From assembly GCA_963701315.1 (NCBI GenBank), contig OY969603.1:3159320-3223319 (forward strand): 64,000 nucleotides of DNA, written 5' to 3'. A program made the position numbers and the translations under genes. This document shows, one piece after another, positions 20,589-29,515 of the stretch; positions within the stretch are counted from its first letter, which is position 1, and each line of letters opens with the position of its first letter. The notes beneath the pieces are model-generated. The model made no database searches and was not told where the DNA came from. It saw only the letters and a program-made list of their open reading frames with translations. This DNA is from an uncultured Acidobacteriota bacterium. GTDB lineage: Bacteria; Acidobacteriota; Vicinamibacteria; Vicinamibacterales; Fen-181.

Positions 20589-22382
20589 CTAGTCGATGCT
20601 CTTCAGGTGCTCGGCAATCGTCGCGCCGACGCTCCCGCCATCCGCGTAGTGCTGCCAGTCGGCCCGTTCCTGGTCCAACCGCAGCGCACGGATGCTCAGC
20701 CCGATCTTCCGCTCCGAAGGGCTGAGCTTGATGATCTTCATCGGGTAGGTCTGGTCGACCTGCAATTCAATCTTCTCGCCGCCGGCGGCCTGGTCATCGA
20801 ACTCCGACACGTGGATGAGCCCTTCGATGCCCTCGGCCAGCTCGACAAACGCGCCGAAGTTGGTCAGCCGGACCACCTTCCCCTCGACCGTGTCGCCGAC
20901 CTGGTGGCGCGTGAAGAACTCGTCCCAGATGTCGGTCGCCAGCTGCTTGAGGCCGAGCGAGAGGCGCTGGTTCTCGGCGTCGATGTTCAGCACCACCGCT
21001 TCGACCTTGTCGCCCTTCTTCAGCACCTCGGACGGGTGCTTGACCCGCTTGCTCCACGACATGTCCGAGATGTGAATCAGGCCGTCGATGTCCTCTTCGA
21101 CCTCGACGAACGCGCCGAACTCCGTCAGGTTGCGCACCTTGCCGATAATCCGCGATCCGACCGGGTAGCGGTCGGCGAGCTCCTGCCACGGGTTCGTCCC
21201 AATCTGCTTGAGACCGAGCGAGATGCGCCGCGCCTGCGGGTCGAGCCCGAGGACCATCGCCTCGACCGTGTCCCCGACGTTGAGGATCTTCGACGGGTGC
21301 TTGACCCGCTTGCTCCACGACATCTCCGACACGTGGATCAGCCCCTCGACACCGGGTTCCAGTTCGACGAACGCGCCGTAGTCGGTCAGGCTCACCACCT
21401 TGCCCGACACGCGCACCCCGACCGGGTAGCGGTCTCCGACGGCCGACCACGGGTCCACCGACAGCTGCTTGTAGCCCAGCGACACGCGCTCGGTGGCCGG
21501 GTCGTACTTCAGCACGATGACGTCAATCTCGTCGTTGACCTTGAACAGTTCCGACGGATGGCCCACGCGCCCCCACGACATGTCGGTGATGTGGAGCAGC
21601 CCGTCGATCCCGCCCAGGTCGATGAAGGCGCCGTAGTCGGTGATGTTCTTCACGACCCCGCGCAGCACCTTGCCCTCGGCGAGCGTCTCGAGCGTGTGCT
21701 TCTTCTTCTCGGCGTTCTCCTCTTCGAGGAGCACCTTGCGGGACAACACGATGTTGCCGCGCTTCTTGTTGACCTTGATGACGCGCATCCGCAGTTCCTG
21801 GCCCCGCAACGCGTCCAGGTTCCGCACCGGCCGCACGTCGACCTGCGACCCGGGCAAAAACGCCCGCACGCCGATGTCGACGGCCAGGCCGCCCTTGATC
21901 CGCTCGATGACGCGGCCGATGACGACCTTCTTGTCGGCGAAGGCCTTCTCCACGTCGTCCCAAATCTTCATCTTCTCCGCTTTTTCGCGGGAGAGGACGA
22001 CGTAGCCGTCGCGGTCCTCGGTGCGTTCCAGCAGGACGTCCACGATGTCGCCGGGCTGAACGGTGATCTGCCCGTTCTCGTCCAGGAACTCCTGAACGCC
22101 GATGATGCCTTCCGACTTGTACCCCACGTCCACGATCACCTCGGAATCGGTGACCTTGAGGACGGTGCCCTTGACCACTTCACCTTCCGCGATGTTGCGG
22201 AAGCTGCTATCGTAGAATTCAAGCAGCCGGGTGTATTCCGCCGAGTCCGGGTCGAGTTGGTCACCGGGGTCCATCGGTGTCCCGGCAGTCGGTGTCGGCT
22301 CACCTCCTTTGTGCTGGGGCTCGGAGCCAGTCGTGCCCCGGGCCTCCAGGTCCGAACTGTTGGCGCTGTTGGCGTTCGCCAT
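20589..22382 (-). CDS. rpsA: 30S ribosomal protein S1
   Basis: Repeated S1 domains (GxVxxxxxxGAFVxL, HISEMSW-type). ATG at 22382 lies 9 nt downstream of GAGGAGG; the listed ORF starts at an upstream GTG. Confidence 0.95.
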   Translation of the reverse strand: MANANSANSSDLEARGTTGSEPQHKGGEPTPTAGTPMDPGDQLDPDSAEYTRLLEFYDSSFRNIAEGEVVKGTVLKVTDSEVIVDVGYKSEGIIGVQEFLDENGQITVQPGDIVDVLLERTEDRDGYVVLSREKAEKMKIWDDVEKAFADKKVVIGRVIERIKGGLAVDIGVRAFLPGSQVDVRPVRNLDALRGQELRMRVIKVNKKRGNIVLSRKVLLEEENAEKKKHTLETLAEGKVLRGVVKNITDYGAFIDLGGIDGLLHITDMSWGRVGHPSELFKVNDEIDVIVLKYDPATERVSLGYKQLSVDPWSAVGDRYPVGVRVSGKVVSLTDYGAFVELEPGVEGLIHVSEMSWSKRVKHPSKILNVGDTVEAMVLGLDPQARRISLGLKQIGTNPWQELADRYPVGSRIIGKVRNLTEFGAFVEVEEDIDGLIHISDMSWSKRVKHPSEVLKKGDKVEAVVLNIDAENQRLSLGLKQLATDIWDEFFTRHQVGDTVEGKVVRLTNFGAFVELAEGIEGLIHVSEFDDQAAGGEKIELQVDQTYPMKIIKLSPSERKIGLSIRALRLDQERADWQHYADGGSVGATIAEHLKSID

Positions 22383-22520
22383 GCGTTGCGCGTCCTCCTC
22401 TATCGAGATTTGCCGGTTCACAGCACCGGCGGGCTGAAGTCGCGTATCGTTCGAAGACGATAAGCAGCAGATTTTACGATAGTTATCGTCGAACTGTCAA
22501 GGTAACGAAAGGACGCCCCC

Positions 22521-23225
22521 ATGGCCAAGCGGAAGCGAGGCGCCGCCTCCACGCCCACGCGTCGGCCGCCGGGACGGATGGCCTCCGATGCCGCGGCCCC
22601 AGCCCGCACTCCTGGGCGGGCGACGCGGGACCGAGCCACGCCAGCCGCCCATGCTTCGTCAAAGGCGGGCCGGCCCCGGCTGGCCAGCCGCCCGCCTGCC
22701 GGGGCAGCCCCTTCCACCCGGCGTCCAGACGACAAGAAGGCGAAAGAGGCGCCCGCGCGCGTCGTCCAGGAATCCACGGGCCGGGCCGCCAAGCAGCCCG
22801 GGGGGCGCCGGACCGTCGAGCTGTTCGCCCGCGCGTTGAGCGACGAGGCCGTCGCGCCGACGCTGCCGTCGTCGCTCACCCTCGAACCGCGGGCGTCGGC
22901 CGTGCGCACCGGGCGCGCCACCCTCGCCGAGGAGCGGCGGGCGCACCACGAGACCGACCCGGGCATGACCGCCGGGGATATCGACGCCGACTGGCAGTCG
23001 GCCTACAGCGTGGGAGACGAGGCCCCCGGGGGCGACAACCCGACGCCCGACCAGGTCGTGGTCGACGATGTCGGGCGAGCGCTGGGGGTGGAGTACGACG
23101 ACGCCGAGGAACTGAAGGCCTCCGAGAAGATCGCGAGCCGCGACCGCCACCGCTGGGAGCTCGACCCGGCCTCAGCCGAGGACTACCCCGAGCGCACCAA
23201 GGCCCGTCCCCGAAAGAAGCGCTGA
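22521..23225 (+). CDS. DUF6335-like protein with long basic disordered N-terminus
   Basis: The C-terminal half (TAGDIDADWQSAYSVGDEAPGGDNPTPDQVVVDDVGRALGVEYDD...RDRHRWELDPASAEDYPER) matches my recollection of the DUF6335 pattern. Family assignment is from memory only. Confidence 0.55.
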   Translation: MAKRKRGAASTPTRRPPGRMASDAAAPARTPGRATRDRATPAAHASSKAGRPRLASRPPAGAAPSTRRPDDKKAKEAPARVVQESTGRAAKQPGGRRTVELFARALSDEAVAPTLPSSLTLEPRASAVRTGRATLAEERRAHHETDPGMTAGDIDADWQSAYSVGDEAPGGDNPTPDQVVVDDVGRALGVEYDDAEELKASEKIASRDRHRWELDPASAEDYPERTKARPRKKR

Positions 23226-23251
23226 TTGCGCGGGAAGGCCCCGCGGCCGGA

Positions 23252-23926
23252 TCACGCGGGGCCCGGCGGGCCGCCCACGCTGCCGACCAACGCCAGCACG
23301 CGCGCGACCACCTGCTCGATCGACAGACCGGTCGTGTCGATGACGTGCGCGTCGGACGCCACGGCGAGCGGGGCGACCTCGCGCGTACGGTCCGATTGGT
23401 CGCGCTCGGCCATCGCGGTGGCCACCTGCGTCAGGTCGCCGACCCCGCGATGCGACCGGTCGCCGACACGGCGCCGGGCGCGTTCCTCGGCCGACGCGTC
23501 CAGGTAGATCTTCACCTCGGCGCGCGGAAACACCACGGTCCCGATGTCCCGCCCTTCGACCACCACCCCTCCGGCGTCACCGAGCGCGCGCTGCCGCTCG
23601 ACGAGGATGGCCCGCACCTCCGGCATCCGCGCGACGCGGGCCGCGGCGTGGTCGATCACCGGGTTGCGGATCAGGCCCGTGATGTCGCGGCCATCGACAC
23701 GCACCACCTGGTCCGACGCGTCGATCACCATGCGACGGGCGACGGAGGCCAGCCCGGCCTCGTCTTCGAGCGACACGCCGTCCTCGAGCGCCCGCCACGC
23801 AACCCCGCGGTACATGGCCCCGGTGTCCACGTGTCGATACCGCAGGGCCGTCGCGACGGCGCGCGCCACGGTACCCTTCCCCACGCCCGACGGCCCGTCG
23901 ATGGCGACCACGAGAGCGTGTGTCAC
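23252..23926 (-). CDS. cmk: cytidylate kinase
   Basis: P-loop IDGPSGVGKGT, DTGAMYR and GRDIGTVVFP. Start taken as the GTG at 23926 (VTHALVVAIDG) inside ORF 23252..24007. Confidence 0.9.
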   Translation of the reverse strand: MTHALVVAIDGPSGVGKGTVARAVATALRYRHVDTGAMYRGVAWRALEDGVSLEDEAGLASVARRMVIDASDQVVRVDGRDITGLIRNPVIDHAAARVARMPEVRAILVERQRALGDAGGVVVEGRDIGTVVFPRAEVKIYLDASAEERARRRVGDRSHRGVGDLTQVATAMAERDQSDRTREVAPLAVASDAHVIDTTGLSIEQVVARVLALVGSVGGPPGPA

Positions 23927-24015
23927 GTCGGTCGGTCCCCGCCCGGACGCGCGCCAGCCGGCCGCCGCGCCGGCCGGCTCCTGCGTTCCGGCGAGACAGT
24001 GTAACATCTCCGGCC

Positions 24016-25182
24016 ATGCGATCCCCGCTCACCTGGGCCGCGTGGTTGCTTGCGCTCTCCTGTGTCGCGCTGACCGTGCGCGTGGCGGCGCGCTCGTACG
24101 TGCGGGCCGCGTCCTTCATCGTGCGGGTGGCCGGACTCGACCACCAGCACCCGACGCTCGCCGCGCTCGAGACCGACACCGTGGCGACGCGGGCCGAGGT
24201 CGTCCCGTCGCGGTTCGGCCCGTTGCGCGCGATTCTCTACACGCCCACCACGCACACACGGGGGGCCTTGGTCCTCACGCCGGGCGTCAACGCGCTGGGC
24301 GTCGACGAGCCCCGGCTGGTGCGGTTCGCCTGCAACCTGGCCGCGAGCGGGTTCATCGTCCTGACGCCGGAGCTGCCGGACCTGAGCCGCTACCTGGTCA
24401 CGGCGCGTTCGACCGACATGATCGAGGACGCGGCCGTGTGGTTTGCGGGCCGAACGGACCTGACGCGCGGCCATCGACCGGGGCTGGCGGGCATCAGCTT
24501 CGCGGGCGGGCTGTCGGTGGTCGCGGCAGGCAGGCCGAGCTTGCGCGGTCGGCTGGGGTTCGTGTTCTCGCTCGGCGGCCACGCCAACTTCCCCCGCGTG
24601 GTTCGCTACTTGTGCAGCGGACAGGAGGACACCGCCCTCCTGCGCGGCGCGCCGCCCGTGCCCCCGCCGCACGACTACGGCGTGGCGATCGTGGCCCTGG
24701 ACGTGGCCGAACACCTCGTGCCCGCCGAGCAGGTCGCCCCGCTCAAGGCGGGCATCCTCGCGTTCCTGCACGCGTCGCACCTGGCGCTGTTCGACGAGAA
24801 ACAGGCGGCGCGGGAGTTCGAGGACGCCCGCGCGGCCGAACGGGAGCTCGGCGAGCCGGCCCGCACCGTGCTGCACCTGGTGAACGCGCGGGACGTCCGG
24901 GCGCTCGGCCCCAGGCTGCTGCCGGCGGTCGGCACGCTCGGCGACGACCCGGCGCTCTCCCCCGACCAGTCGCCGGTGACCGACGCCCCGTTGTTCCTGC
25001 TCCATGGCCTCGAGGACAACGTCGTGCCGGCCGTCGAGACCCTGCGGCTGGCGGCGCACGCCGAGCCGCGCACGACGGTCCGGGTCCTCCTCACCCCGCT
25101 GGTCAGCCACGCCGAAGTGGACCGTCCCGCCCGGCCCGCGGAGGTGATCGCCCTGATCCGGTTCTGGACCGGCATGCTATGA
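24016..25182 (+). CDS. membrane-anchored alpha/beta-hydrolase-fold-like protein, hypothetical
   Basis: N-terminal TM helix and a C-terminal LFLLHGLEDNVVP pattern typical of the fold. The nucleophile elbow is non-canonical (GISFAGG). Confidence 0.5.
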   Translation: MRSPLTWAAWLLALSCVALTVRVAARSYVRAASFIVRVAGLDHQHPTLAALETDTVATRAEVVPSRFGPLRAILYTPTTHTRGALVLTPGVNALGVDEPRLVRFACNLAASGFIVLTPELPDLSRYLVTARSTDMIEDAAVWFAGRTDLTRGHRPGLAGISFAGGLSVVAAGRPSLRGRLGFVFSLGGHANFPRVVRYLCSGQEDTALLRGAPPVPPPHDYGVAIVALDVAEHLVPAEQVAPLKAGILAFLHASHLALFDEKQAAREFEDARAAERELGEPARTVLHLVNARDVRALGPRLLPAVGTLGDDPALSPDQSPVTDAPLFLLHGLEDNVVPAVETLRLAAHAEPRTTVRVLLTPLVSHAEVDRPARPAEVIALIRFWTGML

Positions 25183-25915
25183 GCGGGATTGCAGCCGCTT
25201 GAGCGCGGCGACCTCGTGCCGGCTCAAGGGACGGACGTCCCCGACCTGGAGCGAGGGGTCGGTGATCGGACCGATTCGCACACGCCGCAGCCGCACCACG
25301 GGATGACCGACCGCCTCCAGCATGCGCCGCACCTGCCGGGTCCGCCCCTCGTGCAGCGTGAGCGCGACGACCGCCTGGTCAGCGTCGGGGCCGAGGCCGC
25401 TGTCGACCAGGCGTGCCTGCGCCGGGGCAGTCCGTCGACCGTCGAGCACGACGCCGCGCGCGAGCCGCTCGAGGGCGTGCGCGTCGGGCAGACCGCGGAC
25501 GCGGGCGTGGTACTCGCGGGGCACCTCGTGGCTGGGATGCGTCAGGGCGGCGGCCAGCTCGCCGTCGTTGGTGAGGAGGAGCAGACCTTCCGACTCGTAG
25601 TCGAGGCGGCCCACCGGGTAGACGTACCTCCCGAAGTCCCGGCAGCAGGTCGAGCACCGTCGGCCGGCCCTCGGGGTCGGACCGCGTCGTCACGTAGCCG
25701 CGCGGCTTGTTCAGCAGCAAGTACAGGCGGCGCGCGCCCGTGCGGACCGGCCGACCGTCCACCTGGATGGCGTCGGTGTCGGGATCCGCCTTGCTCCCCA
25801 GCTCCCGCACGACGGCGCCGTTCACCGACACGCGCCCCTCGGCCATCAGCCGTTCCGCCGCGCGTCGCGACGCGATGCCGGCGGTCGACAGGATCTTCTG
25901 GAGGCGGATCAGCAT
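25177..25915 (-). CDS. RsuA/RluB-family pseudouridine synthase with S4 domain; single-base frameshift near 25638-25640
   Basis: N-terminal part MLIRLQKILSTAGIASRRAAERLMAEGRVSVNG...LLNKPRGYVTT is in the frame of ORF 25379..26431. The catalytic part (Y)VYPVGRLDYESEGLLLLTNDG is in ORF 25177..25614. Removing one C from CCC restores LLP-DFGRYVYPVGRLD. Confidence 0.8.
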
Positions 25916-25995
25916 GGCGAATCCGGATCGCGACGGTCTGGCAGACGCCCGCCCGACGCCGTACGGCACAGTCCCGGCCCGGCGAGCAGGCCCCG

Positions 25996-26937
25996 TCAGT
26001 CCTGGGCGTCCTCCTGTTCGTCCCCGGGGAGGGGCACGTCGAGCGTCTGATCCGGGTCGGGGCCGCCGTCGAGCGGCAGCAGCGTCTCCGACGGCCCGGC
26101 CGCGGCGAGCCCGGTCGGAGGCTCGAACCCGAGCGCGTCGGCCATGTCTTCCATCTTCGGCAGGTCGCCGAGGTCCTTCAGGCCGAAGCGGATCAGGAAC
26201 TCGCGCGTGGTGGCGTAGAGGAACGGGCGTCCCACCACCTGCTTGCGGCCGGCGATCTTGATCAGGTGTCGTTCGAGCAGCGTCGCGACGGTGCCGGTCG
26301 TGTTCACATCGCGGATCTCGGCGATCTCCGGCGCGGTAATCGGCTGCTTGTAGGCGATGACGGCGAGCGTCTCGAGCGCCGCCACCGAGAGCTTCTGCGT
26401 CTTCCGCTCGTGGAACAGCCGGCGCACCCATTCCGAGAACTCCGGGCGCGTGACGATCTGGTAGCCGCCCGCCACCTCGACGAGGTGCAGCCCGGCGTGC
26501 CCGCTCGCGTAGTCACGCCTGAGCGCGTCCAGGCAGGCGACCACGTCCTCCCGGGGCTCCCCGTCGAGCACCTTGCAGAGCGTCTTCTCGGTGACCGGGT
26601 CCGGCGACGCGTAGACCAGCGCCTCGATGACCGCCTTCAGTTCGCTGGTGACGCGGCCCGCGGCCTCGCGGTCCTCCGCCGGGTGCGTCGCATCGTGCCG
26701 GTCGCCAGGTCGTGCCGGACCGCCGCCCGCCTCTCCCATCAGGGTCTCGAGGGCCACCTCGGCGGAGCCCGGACCATCCTCGCCTCCTTCAGGCGTGACC
26801 ATCGCGGCCTCGGAGCCCCGCTCCGGTGCCGTCGGCCCGCCCCCCTCCAGCGGGTCGGCGGCGCGGGCGGCCGCCCCGCTCGGGGAGACGTCGGAATCGA
26901 CCCAGTCGTCATGCATCTTGTCGTTGTCCACGGTCAT
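25996..26937 (-). CDS. scpB: segregation and condensation protein B
   Basis: [49 protein letters not shown] and [13 protein letters not shown]. The long low-complexity N-terminus makes the start uncertain. Confidence 0.85.
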   Translation of the reverse strand: MTVDNDKMHDDWVDSDVSPSGAAARAADPLEGGGPTAPERGSEAAMVTPEGGEDGPGSAEVALETLMGEAGGGPARPGDRHDATHPAEDREAAGRVTSELKAVIEALVYASPDPVTEKTLCKVLDGEPREDVVACLDALRRDYASGHAGLHLVEVAGGYQIVTRPEFSEWVRRLFHERKTQKLSVAALETLAVIAYKQPITAPEIAEIRDVNTTGTVATLLERHLIKIAGRKQVVGRPFLYATTREFLIRFGLKDLGDLPKMEDMADALGFEPPTGLAAAGPSETLLPLDGGPDPDQTLDVPLPGDEQEDAQD

Positions 26938-26967
26938 GCCTTCGCGGGCCGCCTCTGGCCGGCCATC

Positions 26968-27724
26968 CTATGCGCTCGCCGCCTTGTAGATCCGGATGGG
27001 CCCGAACGACCCGGCCTGGAACACACGCACGAGCCGCAGCCGGATCATCTCCAGGAGGGCGAGGAAGGTCACAATCAGATCGCCCTTGCTCGACACATCG
27101 TCGAACAGGTCCTCGAACCCACAGGCCACGGCCTCCGACAGCCGGCCCAGCAGCTGGTTGATCCGCGTTTCGATCGACACCTGCTCGATGGGCAGCAGCA
27201 CCTGGGGGCGGTGCGCCGCGCGCTCCATCACGGTCTTGAAGGCGGCGATCAGGCTGAACAGATCGACTTCGATCTCCGGCTCGGGCTCCTCGCCGGCAAT
27301 GGGCGCGACCCGGCCATCGGGACGCGACCACTGCGCCTCGCGCAGCGCCTCGCGCTCGTGCAGCAGTTCGGCGGCCTGGCGGTACCGCTCGTGCTCGACC
27401 AGCCGGCGGACCAGCGCCTCCCGCGGGTCCTCCTCCGGGTCTTCCTGGGACGGGTCCGGCCGCGGCAGGAGCATGCGCGACTTGATGTGGATCAGCGTCG
27501 CGGCCATCACCAAAAACTCGCCCGCGACGTCCAGGTTCAGCTCCCGCATCACGTCCAGGTACTCGAGGGTACTGGGCCGTGATGAGCGCGATCGGAATGT
27601 CGTAGATGTTCACCTCGTTGCGCTTGATGAGGTGAATGAGGAGATCGAGCGGCCCCTCGAACTGGTCGAGCTTGACCGAATAGCTGTCGAACGCCGACTC
27701 GAATTCCTCGACCGGTGGTTCCAT
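26968..27724 (-). CDS. scpA: segregation and condensation protein A; single-base frameshift at 27567-27569
   Basis: The N-terminal part [31 protein letters not shown] is in the frame of ORF 26909..27742; the rest is in ORF 26968..27552. Removing one C from TACCCTCGAG (minus strand) gives ...[26 protein letters not shown]. Confidence 0.85.
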
Positions 27725-27745
27725 CACGCCCTGCCCACCCACGCG

Positions 27746-28787
27746 TTAGCGATACCGGATCTTGACCGCCTCGCGAACCCGCTCCATCGTCTGCGCCGCC
27801 ACGGAGCGCGCCCGGGCCGATCCCTCGAACAGGATGTCACGGACGTGGGTCGGGTGCGCCAGCAGGTCGGCCCTCCGCTCGCGCATCGGCGCCAGGACGG
27901 TCTCGATCGCCACGATGAGCTTCTTCTTGACCTCGACGTCCCCGACCTTGCCCTGCCGGTAGCGCGATTTCAGGTCCTCGACCTCGGTGACATCGGTGTT
28001 GAAGGCGTCGTGGTAGAGAAAGACCGGATTGCCCTCCACCGTGCCGGGGATGTCCGCGCGGACCCGCTTGGGATCCGTGTACATGCTCATGACCTTCTTG
28101 CGGACCGCCTCGGCGTCGTCCGACAGGTCGATGGCGTTGCCGTAGCTCTTGCTCATCTTCCGGTTGTCGAGCCCCGGCAACCGAGCGAACGTCGTCAGCA
28201 GGGGCTGCGGCTCGGTGAGCACCTCCCCAACCAGCGTCTCGCCGTCCCGCACGCCGAGCTTCTCGCCGTAGAAGTTGTTGAAGCGGCGAACGACCTCGCG
28301 CGACAGCTCCAGGTGCGGCACCTGGTCCTCGCCGACCGGCACGAACCGCGCGTCGTACATGGCCACGTCGGCGGTCTGGAGGAGGGGGTACCCGAGGAAC
28401 CCGAACGTCGAGAGGTCCTTCTCGACGAGCTGTTCGCGCTGCTCCTTGTAGGTCGGCACGCGCTCGAGCCACGGGACCGGGACGACCATCGACAGCAGGA
28501 GATTGAGCTCCGCGTGTTCGGGGACGAGCGACTGGATGAAGAGCGTCGACCGCGCGGGGTCGAGCCCCGCGGCGATCCAGTCGGCGACGTTGTCGTAGGC
28601 ATTCGCCGTCAGCGCCGCCGTGTCGGCGTACTCGCTGGTCAGGGCATGCCAGTCGGCGACGAAGTAGAAGCAGTCGGTACTGGTCCTGCAGGGCCGCCCA
28701 GTTGCGCAACGCGCCCACCAGGTGACCGAGGTGCAGACGGCCTGTCGGGCGCATGCCCGACACCACGCGGGGTTTCACTGTAGCCAC
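27746..28787 (-). CDS. trpS: tryptophan--tRNA ligase; single-base frameshift at 28676-28677
   Basis: SGMRPTGRLHLGHLVGAL (HIGH-type) is in the frame of ORF 27837..28787, and KMSKS is in ORF 27746..28489. Deleting one C from CAGTACCGACTGC restores ...LQDQYDCFYFVADWHALTSEY. Confidence 0.9.
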
Positions 28788-29446
28788 GAGAGCAAGTAGT
28801 GGTACGGCGTGCCCACGACGCGCGTGAAGCCCCCGGTGAGCAGCAGCGCGTAGAGGAGCACGAAGCCGTACGGACGTAGGCGGTCGACCATCGCCGCGAA
28901 CCGCTCCGGCAGCACGCCGGTCAGCACGGAGCTGCCGTCGAGCGGCGGGATCGGGAGCAGGTTGAAGACCGCCAGGAGCAGGTTGATTTGCAGCGCGCCC
29001 GACGCCAGGCGCGCCAGGGGAACGAGCACCCGGGCCTCCGGGACCGACGCCAGGGTGCTGCCCGGGATGTTAGCGACCTGCCGGACGCCCTCCGGAAACA
29101 TCCGGCAGGCGAGCGCGGCGAGGAACGCCAGGCCCAGGTTGCTGAGCGGCCCCGCCACGGCCACCATCAGGTAGTCGCGGCGCGGCCGGTCGAAGCGCCA
29201 CGTCGCCACGGGCACCGGCTTCGCCCAGCCGATGATCGGCGCCCCGGTCGCGAGCCCCACGAGGGGGAACAGCACCGTCCCGATCGGGTCGACATGCACC
29301 AGGGGGTTGAGCGACACGCGCCCGAGCAGACGGGCGGTCGGATCCCCGAGGCGGTCCGCCGCCCACGCGTGGGCGGTTTCGTGGACCGTCAAGGAGAACA
29401 CCAGCACGAGGAACGAGATGAAGACCTGAGCGAAGTTGATGTCCAC
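28775..29446 (-). CDS. site-2 protease family (peptidase M50) membrane metalloprotease
   Basis: HETAHAW (HExxH) and NLLPIPPLDG motifs; polytopic. Confidence 0.8.
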   Translation of the reverse strand: MDINFAQVFISFLVLVFSLTVHETAHAWAADRLGDPTARLLGRVSLNPLVHVDPIGTVLFPLVGLATGAPIIGWAKPVPVATWRFDRPRRDYLMVAVAGPLSNLGLAFLAALACRMFPEGVRQVANIPGSTLASVPEARVLVPLARLASGALQINLLLAVFNLLPIPPLDGSSVLTGVLPERFAAMVDRLRPYGFVLLYALLLTGGFTRVVGTPYHYLLSWLQ

Positions 29447-29515
29447 CGAGAGCTAATCAGGCTAACACCCGGTTGCACGGGCTGTCAAAGCACGCGGCGG
29501 CCGCGCCGGGCGCAC

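Noticed and set aside
20022-22463. 813-aa plus-strand ORF
   Set aside because: It is antisense to rpsA and ihfB, both of which have unmistakable motifs. No motifs of its own.
22418-23150. Minus-strand ORFs 22418..22966 and 22659..23150, which would make cmk-rpsA uninterrupted
   Set aside because: Their composition is low-complexity Arg/Ala/Gly. The plus-strand frame carries a recognisable conserved C-terminal domain instead.
25189-27582. 797-aa plus-strand ORF
   Set aside because: It is antisense to the pseudouridine synthase, scpB and scpA genes. Shadow composition.
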